Assembly (NCBI GenBank): GCA_900313895.1
Contig: OMTA01000001.1
Span: 1 to 41,809, forward strand
Reading direction: 5' to 3'
Origin: an uncultured Eubacteriales bacterium
Lineage (GTDB): Bacteria > Bacillota > Clostridia > Oscillospirales > Acutalibacteraceae
DNA: 41,809 bases
Part shown: piece after piece, positions 16,309-25,769 of the stretch
How positions within the stretch are numbered: position 1 is the stretch's first letter
How the letters are laid out: every line of letters starts with the position of its first letter
Program-made: the position numbers and the translations under genes
The notes under the pieces: generated by a model
What the model saw: only the letters and a program-made list of their open reading frames with translations
Databases searched by the model: none
What the model was told of the DNA's origin: nothing

Positions 16309-19300
16309 ATGTCAGTAGTAACCAACAAAACCCCATCGCCTGCCCCGGCGTCCGGCGATAAGGTCAAACGCTTTTTCAAAGAGATCCTGAAAAAGCCGAC
16401 CTATACCCCGCCGACCCTGCGCAAGCAATCCTTCATCGAAAAATACGCCTATCTGCTCTATGTCCTGATGGCATTTTTGATCCCCTTCCTCTTGATGTTC
16501 TTCGCGTTCAAGATCATGGGCGTCGCGCCCTACGGCACAAAGCAGATCCTCGTCACCGACCTGTGGCACCAGTATTATCCGTTTATCGTCGATTACCAGG
16601 CAAAGCTCAAGGCGGGCGAATCCCTGTTGTGGTCATGGACCTCGGGCGGCGGCACCAACTACATCGCGCTGATCGCCTATTATCTGGCAAGCCCCCTGAA
16701 CTTCTTCTCCGTGATGGTACCCGCCGATCAACTCCGCGAGTTTTTATTCATCATCACCTGCGTCAAGATCGGTCTTGCGGGTATGTTCTATTCTCTGTTC
16801 ATCCGCATCACCTTCGGCAGAAAAGACATCTCCATCACCGCCTTCGGCATCATGTATTCCCTGTGCGCCTTTATCATGGGCTACTACTGGAATATCATCT
16901 GGCTCGATTCCGTCGCGTTGCTGCCGCTGGTGGCGGCGGGCGCGTTCGCGCTGCTTCGCCACGGCAAGTTCAAGCTCTACATCATCTCGCTGGCGCTTTC
17001 GATCCTCGCGAACTACTACATCGGATTGTTCATCTGCGCGGCGGTACTCCTGCTTGCAGTCGGCTATTCCATCGTCGAGCTCAAGGGCTGGAAGAAGCTG
17101 ATCAAAGACTTCTTCAAGATGGCGGGCTGTTCCATCGTGGCGATCATGATGACCGCCGTATTGACCCTGCCCGCGTACTTCGCGTTGGGACACGCCTATT
17201 CCTCATCGAACTCCTTCCCCGAAAAATTCGCCGTCAATATCGGCTCCACTCCCGATTTCGCGGGCGTGCTGGAGGGCATCTGCAAGACGATCTCCAACTC
17301 CGTCGCCTTTGTCCAGCCGACCGCAAAAGAAGGCCTCCCGAATGTCTACACCGGCATCATCACGATCTTCCTCGCGATCCTGTTCCTTTTCTGCTCAAAG
17401 ATCAAGCTCCGCGAGCGACTTGTCTGCGGATTCCTGCTGCTGTTCTTTTTGACCAGCTTTGTCATCCGTCAGCTCGACTATATCTGGCACGGCTTCCACT
17501 TCCCGAATATGCTCCCCTACCGCTTCTCGTTCTTGTGGTCGTTTTTGCTGATCTATATGGCATTTCGGGTGTTCATGTATCTGGATTATGTCAAGCTCGG
17601 CTCCGTGATCGCCGCCGTCGCCGGCTTCCTGATTTATCTTTATCTCGCCGGCATTTACAGCAAGGATGACAACATCCATATCACCTCCCTGTTCAAGGCC
17701 ACCGAGGAAGGTCAGGCACAGATCGATCCCGTCTATCTCTCCGGGTGGATCGGCATGATCCTCGCGGCATGGATCCTGCTCTATGTCCTGCGCGAACAGC
17801 TCCCGCGGCTTATTACCGTGATCGGCGTTCTCGCCGTATCCGGGGCGTCTTTGTACTTCTTCCTTGAGCTGTACAAAAAGATCGACCCCGCTCTTTTCCG
17901 CGCGGCGGAAACGACCGACGGCACCGCCGAGGCGGCTATCCAGACCCCGCCGTCCAACAACAATTTCACCCTGATCTTCACAATCATATTCGTCGTCGTG
18001 ACGATCATCATCGCGGCGCTTCTGCTCTCAAATCTCAACAAAAACAACGTGATCTTCAAGGCCGTCATATCCGTCGTGCTGTTGCTGCTCGCACTGTTCG
18101 AGGGCCTTTTCTCCGCGACCACCGGCGTGCGTACCGTTTCCGTCACCGACGCCACCTCTTATCCCTTAGGTACGACCAGCACCGCCGAATGTGTCGATTT
18201 CATCAACGACCGTGAAGCGGGCAATATCGACCTTGCCCGCACCGAGTTCACCCGCTACCATACGCTCAACGACGACGCGGTCAACGGCGTCAACGGCATC
18301 TCGATGTTCAACTCCATGGTCAATATGCCGATCACCAACTACATGGAAAAATTCGGCATCTGCGGCTGGATCGCCTCCAACCGCTACACCTATATGCAAA
18401 GCTCTCCCTTCACGGATATGATGCTGAACATCAAATACCTGATCGACCCCTACTACGGCAAGTACGACGACCAGATCCATTACGAAAAGATCTATACCGC
18501 CAAAGCGGCCAAGGGCGGCGGCGCACCCGCGATCGCGATGGAAAACCGCTATTATATCCCGATGGGCTTCATGGTCAACGAAGACCTTCTCGGTTACAAG
18601 GCGAGCGATTCGGTCGGCTTTATCAACCGGGTCGCTCAGACGAAATTCTCGTCCGAGGGCATCCCCGTCGGGGACGATCCCATCGATAACCAAAACACCT
18701 TCTTCCGTCTTTCCACCGGACTCAGGGGCGATCTCTACGATCGTCTGGAGGTCTCCGCCGATAACACCTCCGGCGAGCTGACGAAGTCCACGGACGGCAA
18801 GTTCTCCTACAGCAGCTCCAACAACAACGGCTCCTACAATATGTTTGCTACCGCATCCCGCGCGGGCACGGCGCTGGCGTATGTCTCCGGCGCAAGCATT
18901 GAGGACACCAACCTCTATATCAACGACGGATATGTCGGCCACTTCGGCACAAAGCGCCCGCTGATCATGATGATCGGCAACGTCAATCAGGGCGACAAGA
19001 TCAAGGTCGAAGCGAAGGCAAACGGCAGCGGCTCCGGCACCATCACCTGCGATATCGTCCTTCTCAACGACGCCATGTTCGAAAAAGCCCACGAGCTGTT
19101 CTCCCGCTCGGTACTTGACGCGGATACCGTCACGGGCGACGAGATCTCCGGCACCATCAACGTCGTCGAGGACGGCTTGTTCTACACCTCTATCCCCTAT
19201 GTCGCGGGCTGGCACGCCTACGTTGACGACAAAGAGGTCGAGATCACCCCTGTCGGTGAAGCGATGCTCTGCTTCAAGCTCTCTCAGGGCGAGCATACCA

Positions 19301-19641
19301 TCAAGCTCAAATACGCTCCCGAGGGCTTCAAGCTCGGTGTCATCATCTCGCTGCTCGGACTCTTCCTCTTCATCCTGATGATCCTCGCCGTATGGCAGAA
19401 AAAACGCCTCCTGCCTGTCTGGCAGAAAGCGACCGCAAAGGTATTCCGCAAAAAGAACGACAACAACGATTTCTCGACCGTATCCGTCGATGAACCCGTC
19501 ACGCAGGTCGATTCGACCGGGGATCCCTCTCCGGATGACGACACAACCGTCCTGATGGATGACGTTCCCGCCGAGGATCTCCCCGACGATGATGAAAACA
19601 AAACCGTCGATCTTTCAAAGGAAGATCCAATAGATACCTGA
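16309..19641 (+). CDS. yfhO: YfhO-family GT-C membrane glycosyltransferase
   Basis: TDLWHQYYPF, YYLASPLN, NIIWLD, NYYIG, WHGFHFPNMLPYRFSF, and C-terminal TSIPY..GW.AYVD and IKLKY.P.G followed by a TM. Confidence 0.9.
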   Translation: MSVVTNKTPSPAPASGDKVKRFFKEILKKPTYTPPTLRKQSFIEKYAYLLYVLMAFLIPFLLMFFAFKIMGVAPYGTKQILVTDLWHQYYPFIVDYQAKLKAGESLLWSWTSGGGTNYIALIAYYLASPLNFFSVMVPADQLREFLFIITCVKIGLAGMFYSLFIRITFGRKDISITAFGIMYSLCAFIMGYYWNIIWLDSVALLPLVAAGAFALLRHGKFKLYIISLALSILANYYIGLFICAAVLLLAVGYSIVELKGWKKLIKDFFKMAGCSIVAIMMTAVLTLPAYFALGHAYSSSNSFPEKFAVNIGSTPDFAGVLEGICKTISNSVAFVQPTAKEGLPNVYTGIITIFLAILFLFCSKIKLRERLVCGFLLLFFLTSFVIRQLDYIWHGFHFPNMLPYRFSFLWSFLLIYMAFRVFMYLDYVKLGSVIAAVAGFLIYLYLAGIYSKDDNIHITSLFKATEEGQAQIDPVYLSGWIGMILAAWILLYVLREQLPRLITVIGVLAVSGASLYFFLELYKKIDPALFRAAETTDGTAEAAIQTPPSNNNFTLIFTIIFVVVTIIIAALLLSNLNKNNVIFKAVISVVLLLLALFEGLFSATTGVRTVSVTDATSYPLGTTSTAECVDFINDREAGNIDLARTEFTRYHTLNDDAVNGVNGISMFNSMVNMPITNYMEKFGICGWIASNRYTYMQSSPFTDMMLNIKYLIDPYYGKYDDQIHYEKIYTAKAAKGGGAPAIAMENRYYIPMGFMVNEDLLGYKASDSVGFINRVAQTKFSSEGIPVGDDPIDNQNTFFRLSTGLRGDLYDRLEVSADNTSGELTKSTDGKFSYSSSNNNGSYNMFATASRAGTALAYVSGASIEDTNLYINDGYVGHFGTKRPLIMMIGNVNQGDKIKVEAKANGSGSGTITCDIVLLNDAMFEKAHELFSRSVLDADTVTGDEISGTINVVEDGLFYTSIPYVAGWHAYVDDKEVEITPVGEAMLCFKLSQGEHTIKLKYAPEGFKLGVIISLLGLFLFILMILAVWQKKRLLPVWQKATAKVFRKKNDNNDFSTVSVDEPVTQVDSTGDPSPDDDTTVLMDDVPAEDLPDDDENKTVDLSKEDPIDT

Positions 19642-19650
19642 TCCCGACGC

Positions 19651-19684
19651 AAAGAGGGCTGTCACACGACAGCCCTCTCTTTTT
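19651..19684. terminator. Bidirectional terminator between yfhO and ribF
   Basis: AGAGGGCTGTC-acac-GACAGCCCTCT with flanking A and T tracts. Confidence 0.85.
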
Positions 19685-20597
19685 ATTCTAAGATTCTTTT
19701 TATCGTTTCGATATCCTTTTTGACCTGCATCGTCAGCGCGTCGAGCGAGTTGAACTTCATTTCCTCGCGCACAAAGGCGATCGGCGTACACTCCGCGTAC
19801 TTTCCGTACAGATCCTCGCCGCCGAAATCAAGGATAAATGTCTCGCACAGCGGTTCACTGTTTTCTCCGACGGTCGGATGCACACCGATATTGGTCGCGC
19901 CGCGATACCGCATTCCGCCAACGCTGATGAGCGACGCGTAGACCCCGAACCGCGGGACGACCATCCCTTTTTTCATGGGAAGGTTCACGGTCGGAAAACC
20001 CATCTTTGTCCCGATGTGGTTTCCGTCGCCGATCACACCGCCGATCCGATACGGATACCCCAGCATCCGATCCGCTTCTTCGATCCTGCCGCTTTTCAGC
20101 AGCGCGCGGATCGCGGATGACGAAACCGCCTGCTCTCCGCAGTAGACCGGCTCCTTGATCTCGACCTCGATCCCGATCTGATCGCCGATCTCCTTGAGCA
20201 GCCGTGTATCTCCCCTGCCGTTCTTTCCGAAACGGTAGTCAAATCCGCAGCTGACCTTTTTTGCCCGCAGCTTCTTTTTCAACACCTCGCGCACAAAATC
20301 CTCCGCGTCCGTATCCTTGAGCCTGCCAAAATCCGCGAAGATCACTGCGTCCGCACCGAGCGCTTCGATCCGCTGCGCTTTTTCCGCGTTATCCGTGATC
20401 AGCGCAACGTCATTCCCAAGGTACCTCGCGGGACTATCATCGAAGGTCAGCACGACCGCCCGACACTCGCCTTTATCCCGCACAGCGCTCTCGATCACCG
20501 CGCGATGGCCGAGATGCACGCCGTCAAAAAAGCCGAGCGCGACATGGCTCTCATATCCTGTTTTCGCGTATTCCTCAATGCTGTGATAGATCTTCAT
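19683..20597 (-). CDS. ribF: Bifunctional riboflavin kinase / FAD synthetase
   Basis: ALGFFDGVHLGH, GFDYRFG, SSSAIR, GFPTVNL, GATNIGVHPTV and FVREEMKF. Start placed at ATG 20597 (MKIYHS). Confidence 0.93.
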   Translation of the reverse strand: MKIYHSIEEYAKTGYESHVALGFFDGVHLGHRAVIESAVRDKGECRAVVLTFDDSPARYLGNDVALITDNAEKAQRIEALGADAVIFADFGRLKDTDAEDFVREVLKKKLRAKKVSCGFDYRFGKNGRGDTRLLKEIGDQIGIEVEIKEPVYCGEQAVSSSAIRALLKSGRIEEADRMLGYPYRIGGVIGDGNHIGTKMGFPTVNLPMKKGMVVPRFGVYASLISVGGMRYRGATNIGVHPTVGENSEPLCETFILDFGGEDLYGKYAECTPIAFVREEMKFNSLDALTMQVKKDIETIKRILE

Positions 20598-20636
20598 AAT
20601 CCTCTGCTTTCCCATGCCGACACAAATCTGCTTATC

Positions 20637-20665
20637 AGTATAGTACAAATCCCGCCGCTTTGCAA
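20637..20665 (-). promoter_or_regulatory. Probable SigA promoter for ribF
   Basis: Minus strand TTGCAA, 17 bp, TATACT. Confidence 0.55.
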
Positions 20666-20815
20666 CCGTCGTTCTTTTTCTATAAAGCCTCTTTTGTCGT
20701 TACTGACAAAAAACGCATGATTTTTTGTGAATAATGTGTCTGGTAAAAACCCAGCGTCTATTATATAATGAATGTGTATACACGTTTTGCATTATTATCG
20801 ATATGGAGGATAAAT

Positions 20816-23800
20816 ATGAAAAAGCTACTTTCCCTCTCCCTTGCGCTTTTACTGATCCTGTCCGCCGCGACGGTCTTTTCTCTGAGCACCGCCGCCGCCG
20901 ACAGCTTCAAAGAGGGCGACGTTCTGTATTTCAAGGTCGAGAACCCCGCCAACTGGACACAGAACGCGACCCTGTACGCCAACTTCACCGACGCCTCCCG
21001 CGCCGAAAACGGCGGCGCTTCCGTCTTGATCGCGACCGCCGACAAAACGCGCTACAACCCCGTCACCGGCGTCACCTACGACGAAAAGCTCTCCGCCTAT
21101 CGCTACACCGTCACCGCCGCGGACGCGGGCGCATCCGTCATGCGTTTCTGGCGCGGCAACGACGAAAAACTGTGGAACGAGACCGTCGCCATCACCGCCG
21201 CCGATTATGCAAAAGGAATGAATACCGCGGTCGTCACCGACTGGACGTCTACCGGCTATCTGACCTCTACCTACGCCTTTGATCTGAACGCGAAGCTCAA
21301 CCTTTCCGCGACCAAGGGCGAGGTCGGCGACAGCTTCGATATCTCCGTCTCCTATGACAAAAACGACAGCGCGTCCTACACCTGCGAGCTGTTGATCAAC
21401 GATACCAAGGTCGCCGATACCGATTCCTACACCTTCTCCCCCACCGAGGACGGCGCCTATTCCGTCACGGCAAATATCACCGCGACCGATCCCGATACCG
21501 GCGCGCTGCTCAGCAAGGCGAGCGTCAGCGGCGCGATCATCATCGGTACCGCCGCCGTCACCGCGGATCATCCGAACACCCTGTTCGCCCACGCGGGATC
21601 AGGCAAAGACAGCGAGGCATGGGTCAAGTGGTACAACGTCCGTGACACCTATTATTTCTTCCTGCCCTCCTCCGCCAAAGCGAACAACACCGTCGAGCTG
21701 TACAGCTCTTATGATACCGAAGCCACCCTCGGCACATCGTCTGTCCCCGCAAAGGCGATCTCCGCCGTAACGGTCACCCCGAAAACCAACTACACCTTCC
21801 GCTGCGGTTCCGTCAACCGCACCGTTCAATTCCTGTTCTCCTCTGCCGAGGCGTCTCTCTTCGTCAACAATACCGAGGATCAAAACTTCTTTGAATATCT
21901 GAAAGCCGACAAAGCGAACTATGTTGCCGCCTCCGGCGCGATCACGACCGCCGACGGTACCATCACCAACACCCCCATCAAAAAGATGAAGGGTCGCGGC
22001 AATACCTCCTGGAACGCCGACAAAAAAGGCTTCAACGTCACCCTCACCGACGCCTACAAATTCGACGGACTGGATAAATGCAAAAAATTCTCCCTGATCT
22101 CCAACTTCCAGGATGCCGCGATGGCGCGTAACCGTATCCTCTACGATATGGCGGCACAGGTCGGGCTCCCCTATTCCCCCGGCAGCCGCTTTATCGACCT
22201 CTATACCAACGGCACCTATCAGGGAACCTACCAGATGTGCCAGAAGATCGACGTCGGCAAAAACACCCTGATGCCCGATATCAGCGACGAGGATTATCTC
22301 GATACCGCGACCGGCGGGGTCAAAGCGGACTTTTCCTTTGTCACTGAGATCGATTCCGCTCCCAACGCCGACGATTTCCACTTCACCGTCGCTAACGGAA
22401 ACAACCTGACCATGAAATCCCCGGAGCTTGCCTCCGGCGATCCCAACTATAACGCCGTCAAGAATTATGTCACCGAAAAATACAACACCATGTTCGATAA
22501 GCTCAGCGCAAAGGCGGCGGATCTCAACGACTACATCGACGTCGATTCTCTCGCTAAGATGTACCTGATCAACGAGCTGGGCAAGAACTGGGACGGCGGC
22601 GCAGGCTCCTTCTATCTGACCTACAAGCCCGATGAAAACGGAAAGTACAAGTTCTATGCCGTCCCCGTGTGGGATCTCGACAATTCCCTCGGCAACGCCA
22701 ACGGTATCGACAGCGACCTTCGCCGCATGGGCGTCAGCGACTACACCCTCCCCTCCGGATGGTTCATCACCGTCAAAGGCGGCTACAAAGGTCCCAACTT
22801 CCTTGCGACCGCTGTCAAAAGCTCCGTCGTCATGGACGCCGTCCATACCGCGTGGTTCGAGGATTTCCTCCCCGCGATCGAGACCCTGACCTCCTCCGGC
22901 GTCAATACCGGCAAGCTCTATTCCTCCGATGTCTACCATGATATCATCAAGGATTCCGCCGAGATGAACTACAAGATCTGGGCGCTCTATACCAACTCCG
23001 GCTGGATCGCCGACCACAGCTCTGTGCGTCAGTATCACGCGACCTATACCCGCAACGAGTATAATCAGATCACCGGCGTGAATCTCACCCAGGACAGCCG
23101 TTCCACCTCCTATGACCAGTACACCTACGACGGCCAGTTCAACTATATGATGGATTGGACGACCTCCCGCGCCGCGTGGATCAGCGCCCAGTATATCGCT
23201 GACTTCAAGCCGGAGATTCCTCCCACCGAGCCGCCGACAGAGGCTCCCACAGACGCGCCGACCGTCCTTCCGACTCAAGAGCCTACCACTCCCGAACCGT
23301 CCGTCACACCCTACCCCGCTCCCTCGCTCGATCTGAGCAAGGCGATCGCCGCGTGGGTATTTGACGATACCGATAAGGTCGAGGGTGAAAAGCTCACCGA
23401 ATACGGCGCCTCCGACGGCTACGTCGCCACAAAGGGCAGCGGTACACTGACCTCGACCGTTGACGGCGAAAATCTCCGCTCGCTCGAGTGGAGCGCCGCC
23501 GAGTACGGGCCCGACGCAACCTCCATGACCCCCATCATGGCGGCGGGCAAAAACAATCTCTGGGGAACGCCCTACATCCAAATTTCCGTCCCGACAAAGG
23601 GTTATCGTGATCTCAAGCTGACCATGTATCTCGCCGGCTCCAACAAGGCTCCCGCCAACTGGAAGTTGCAGTACAGCACGGACGGTACGACCTTCACCGA
23701 TACCGGCGACGACCTGACCATCACCGTCGCCTCCCGCAAAACGCTCACCGCGTATTTTGACAAGCTCGCCCTTCCGAAAGCGGCAGAGGATCAGGAAAAT

Positions 23801-24145
23801 CTTATCCTCCGTCTGGTACCCGTCAGCATGACCACCGTCAGCGGCGGCGATACCTCCGAAAAGCCCTCCGGCGGCGAGATCGCCCTCAACTACATCGTCG
23901 TCGAAGGCGCAAAGATTCCCTTAGACACCCGCATCCTCGGCGACGCTGATATGGACGGCGAGATCTCCATCCTCGACGCGACCCATATCCAGCGCTACCT
24001 CGTCGGTCTGGTCAAGGATGATGAGATCGACCTCGACGCGGCGGATATTACCGGCAACGGCGTCGATATTCTCGACGCGACCTACATCCAACGCTACATC
24101 GCCGGCTTTACTTCCGACTACCCCATCGGCGAACCCATCCAATAA
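20816..24145 (+). CDS. Secreted multidomain CotH-family kinase with Pro/Thr linker and C-terminal dockerin
   Basis: Signal peptide MKKLLSLSLALLLIL...AAA after GGAGG. CotH motifs KGRGNTSW, RFIDLYTNGTYQGTY, YLINEL..NWDG and PVWDLDNSLG. PTEPPTEAPT linker. Duplicated dockerin GDADMDGEISILDATHIQRYL...DITGNGVDILDATYIQRYIA. Confidence 0.88.
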   Translation: MKKLLSLSLALLLILSAATVFSLSTAAADSFKEGDVLYFKVENPANWTQNATLYANFTDASRAENGGASVLIATADKTRYNPVTGVTYDEKLSAYRYTVTAADAGASVMRFWRGNDEKLWNETVAITAADYAKGMNTAVVTDWTSTGYLTSTYAFDLNAKLNLSATKGEVGDSFDISVSYDKNDSASYTCELLINDTKVADTDSYTFSPTEDGAYSVTANITATDPDTGALLSKASVSGAIIIGTAAVTADHPNTLFAHAGSGKDSEAWVKWYNVRDTYYFFLPSSAKANNTVELYSSYDTEATLGTSSVPAKAISAVTVTPKTNYTFRCGSVNRTVQFLFSSAEASLFVNNTEDQNFFEYLKADKANYVAASGAITTADGTITNTPIKKMKGRGNTSWNADKKGFNVTLTDAYKFDGLDKCKKFSLISNFQDAAMARNRILYDMAAQVGLPYSPGSRFIDLYTNGTYQGTYQMCQKIDVGKNTLMPDISDEDYLDTATGGVKADFSFVTEIDSAPNADDFHFTVANGNNLTMKSPELASGDPNYNAVKNYVTEKYNTMFDKLSAKAADLNDYIDVDSLAKMYLINELGKNWDGGAGSFYLTYKPDENGKYKFYAVPVWDLDNSLGNANGIDSDLRRMGVSDYTLPSGWFITVKGGYKGPNFLATAVKSSVVMDAVHTAWFEDFLPAIETLTSSGVNTGKLYSSDVYHDIIKDSAEMNYKIWALYTNSGWIADHSSVRQYHATYTRNEYNQITGVNLTQDSRSTSYDQYTYDGQFNYMMDWTTSRAAWISAQYIADFKPEIPPTEPPTEAPTDAPTVLPTQEPTTPEPSVTPYPAPSLDLSKAIAAWVFDDTDKVEGEKLTEYGASDGYVATKGSGTLTSTVDGENLRSLEWSAAEYGPDATSMTPIMAAGKNNLWGTPYIQISVPTKGYRDLKLTMYLAGSNKAPANWKLQYSTDGTTFTDTGDDLTITVASRKTLTAYFDKLALPKAAEDQENLILRLVPVSMTTVSGGDTSEKPSGGEIALNYIVVEGAKIPLDTRILGDADMDGEISILDATHIQRYLVGLVKDDEIDLDAADITGNGVDILDATYIQRYIAGFTSDYPIGEPIQ

Positions 24146-24158
24146 CCCATAGCTACCC

Positions 24159-24187
24159 AAAAAAGGCTGCCACCCGGCAGCCTTTTT
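24159..24187 (+). terminator. Intrinsic terminator after the CotH-dockerin gene
   Basis: AAAAAGGCTGCC-accc-GGCAGCCTTTTT. Confidence 0.9.
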
Positions 24188-24188
24188 C

Positions 24189-24635
24189 AATGGACAATGG
24201 ACAATTAATAATTGACATTTTCGGGAAAGCCTGACGGCTTTTGAAATATATGACAAACGACCGTTGCCTGTCCTCTCTATCCCTTTTTCCGCGAAGCAAA
24301 TCCACCTTAAACCAACTGCCAACTAATGTTGTAGGGGAGGGCCTTGTGTCCTCCCGAAAACCTTTCCTCCAAATCCCGTCCACAAACGAAGCATATCAAC
24401 CTCAACGGACGGTCACTGACCGTCCCTACAATCAACGCATGAAAACAACCGTAGGGACGTTCCTCGCCGGAGACGGCCCACCCCTTTGGGCTTCGCCCAT
24501 CTCCCCTAGCAGGGGAGTCTCATCGATCGTCCGCAACCTATCTGTTAGATCCCGTTCTTACGCGAAGCATACTTGACATTCATTACAGGATCTTTCATTG
24601 ATCGTCCGTCTCCTTTCCCTCAAATCCCATCCAAC
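24189..24635. repeat. Mosaic repeat cluster: AATGGAC heptamers, GTAG REPs (24331 +, 24406-24429 -, 24451 + with 61-bp insert), three (G/A)CGAAGCA
   Basis: Same modules as 6347-6689 and 13883-14280. Confidence 0.85.
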
Positions 24636-24671
24636 GCCAACAGCCGCACGCATATGCGCACGGCTGTCGGC
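24636..24671 (-). terminator. Stem-loop ending the noc transcript
   Basis: GCCAACAGCCG...CGGCTGTCGGC long stem with inner GCAT/ATGC symmetry; U-tract is weak. Confidence 0.55.
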
Positions 24672-24791
24672 AAGGGGTTCAGATAAGGAAATGGGTATGA
24701 GTTCAGACGCATAAGCGTCTTGGGGAAAGCAATTGGATGAATAACAATTTTTTGTGGCTAATCTGTCGCCACACCTCTATATATAATATCC

Positions 24792-25604
24792 TCAGGCGAT
24801 CTCAGCCGCCTTGGGAATCTTCACGGTATATTCGATGTAGTCGTCCGTTTCCGAGCGTCTGGAGATCGCGTTGATCCCCGACAGACGCATCGTATCGACC
24901 GCTTTGTTGATGGTGTTGACAAAGATCCTCACATCCTTGACAACCACCTTTCTCTCGCCTTTTTTCGGCTGTTCCTCGGGCTTTTTCCGCATCAGGACAT
25001 CCGTCACCAGCGCTTCGCTCGCGCCGACACTGAGGTTCTCTGTGATGATACGGCTGAGCACCTCCCGTCGCAGCGACTCGTCATTGATCCGCAGCAGCGC
25101 CCGCGCGTGACGTTCGCTCAGGTTCGCCGTCAGGATCCATTCCTGTTCCTCAAAGGATAACCGCAGCAGCCGCAGCTTGTTCGCGATCGTGCTCTGCTTT
25201 TTGCCGAGCTTGATCGCCGCCTGTTCCTGCGTCAGTCCGTATTTTCTGATCAGGCGCGCGATCCCGCGACCTTCCTCAAACATATTCAGATCCGCGCGTT
25301 GCAGGTTCTCGATAAGCGCCAGCAGCGCGCTTTCTTTATCGTTGCATTTATGTACGACGCACGGAACGCGATTCAGCCCCGCCATGATTGCCGCCCTGAG
25401 CCTGCGCTCACCCGCGATCAGCTCAAATTCGGTCGCGTTGATCCTCCTGACCACCAGCGGCTGAAGGATCCCGTTCTCGACGATCGAGCGCGACAGGCTC
25501 CGCATCTCCTCTTCGTCAAAGTTACGACGCGGCTGTGTTTTATTCGGGCGGATCTGGATCGTCGAAACCATCAGTACTTTATTATCGTTCCGGATCAAAT
25601 TCAT
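24792..25604 (-). CDS. noc: Nucleoid occlusion protein Noc (ParB family)
   Basis: ParB boxes QPRRNF, GILQPL and GERRLRA. Noc-type HTH GKKQSTIANKLRLL and ERHARALL, Noc-type C-terminus KDVRIFVNTI...YTVKIPK, and location after rsmG. Start placed at ATG 25604. Confidence 0.82.
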   Translation of the reverse strand: MNLIRNDNKVLMVSTIQIRPNKTQPRRNFDEEEMRSLSRSIVENGILQPLVVRRINATEFELIAGERRLRAAIMAGLNRVPCVVHKCNDKESALLALIENLQRADLNMFEEGRGIARLIRKYGLTQEQAAIKLGKKQSTIANKLRLLRLSFEEQEWILTANLSERHARALLRINDESLRREVLSRIITENLSVGASEALVTDVLMRKKPEEQPKKGERKVVVKDVRIFVNTINKAVDTMRLSGINAISRRSETDDYIEYTVKIPKAAEIA

Positions 25605-25695
25605 CGCCCTCACCCCGCAAGAAGAACTATGCTGTCGGGTCAGGTTCACAGCCTGTCCCTGCACCTATAGTATAGCTCCCATCTGTCAAGAAAGC

Positions 25696-25735
25696 TGTCG
25701 AAGCCTGCGCGAAAATTGAACAACCTTTTGTCGAA
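25696..25735. promoter_or_regulatory. Spo0A boxes upstream of noc
   Basis: Perfect TGTCGAA at 25696-25702 and 25729-25735. Near matches at 25684 (TGTCAAG) and 25753 (TGTCGTA); another perfect one at 25965. Confidence 0.55.
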
Positions 25736-25769
25736 ACAACAGAAAAAAGGTCTGTCGTAAAATAAAATA

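Noticed and set aside
20598-20815. FMN riboswitch upstream of ribF or of the flavodoxin
   Set aside because: The ribF leader is too short after the predicted promoter, and no FMN aptamer core motifs are visible at either locus.
21599-23581. Long antisense or alternate-frame ORFs (21599..23581, 3090..4652, 18166..19296, 16563..17669, 35132..36271 and others)
   Set aside because: Shadow ORFs expected from high GC3 codon bias; each overlaps a well-supported gene.
24792-25604. Calling this gene spo0J/parB
   Set aside because: HTH residues (KQS, ANK, ERH) and the C-terminal KDVRIFVNTI...VKIPK match Noc rather than Spo0J (SRS, ANT, GH).
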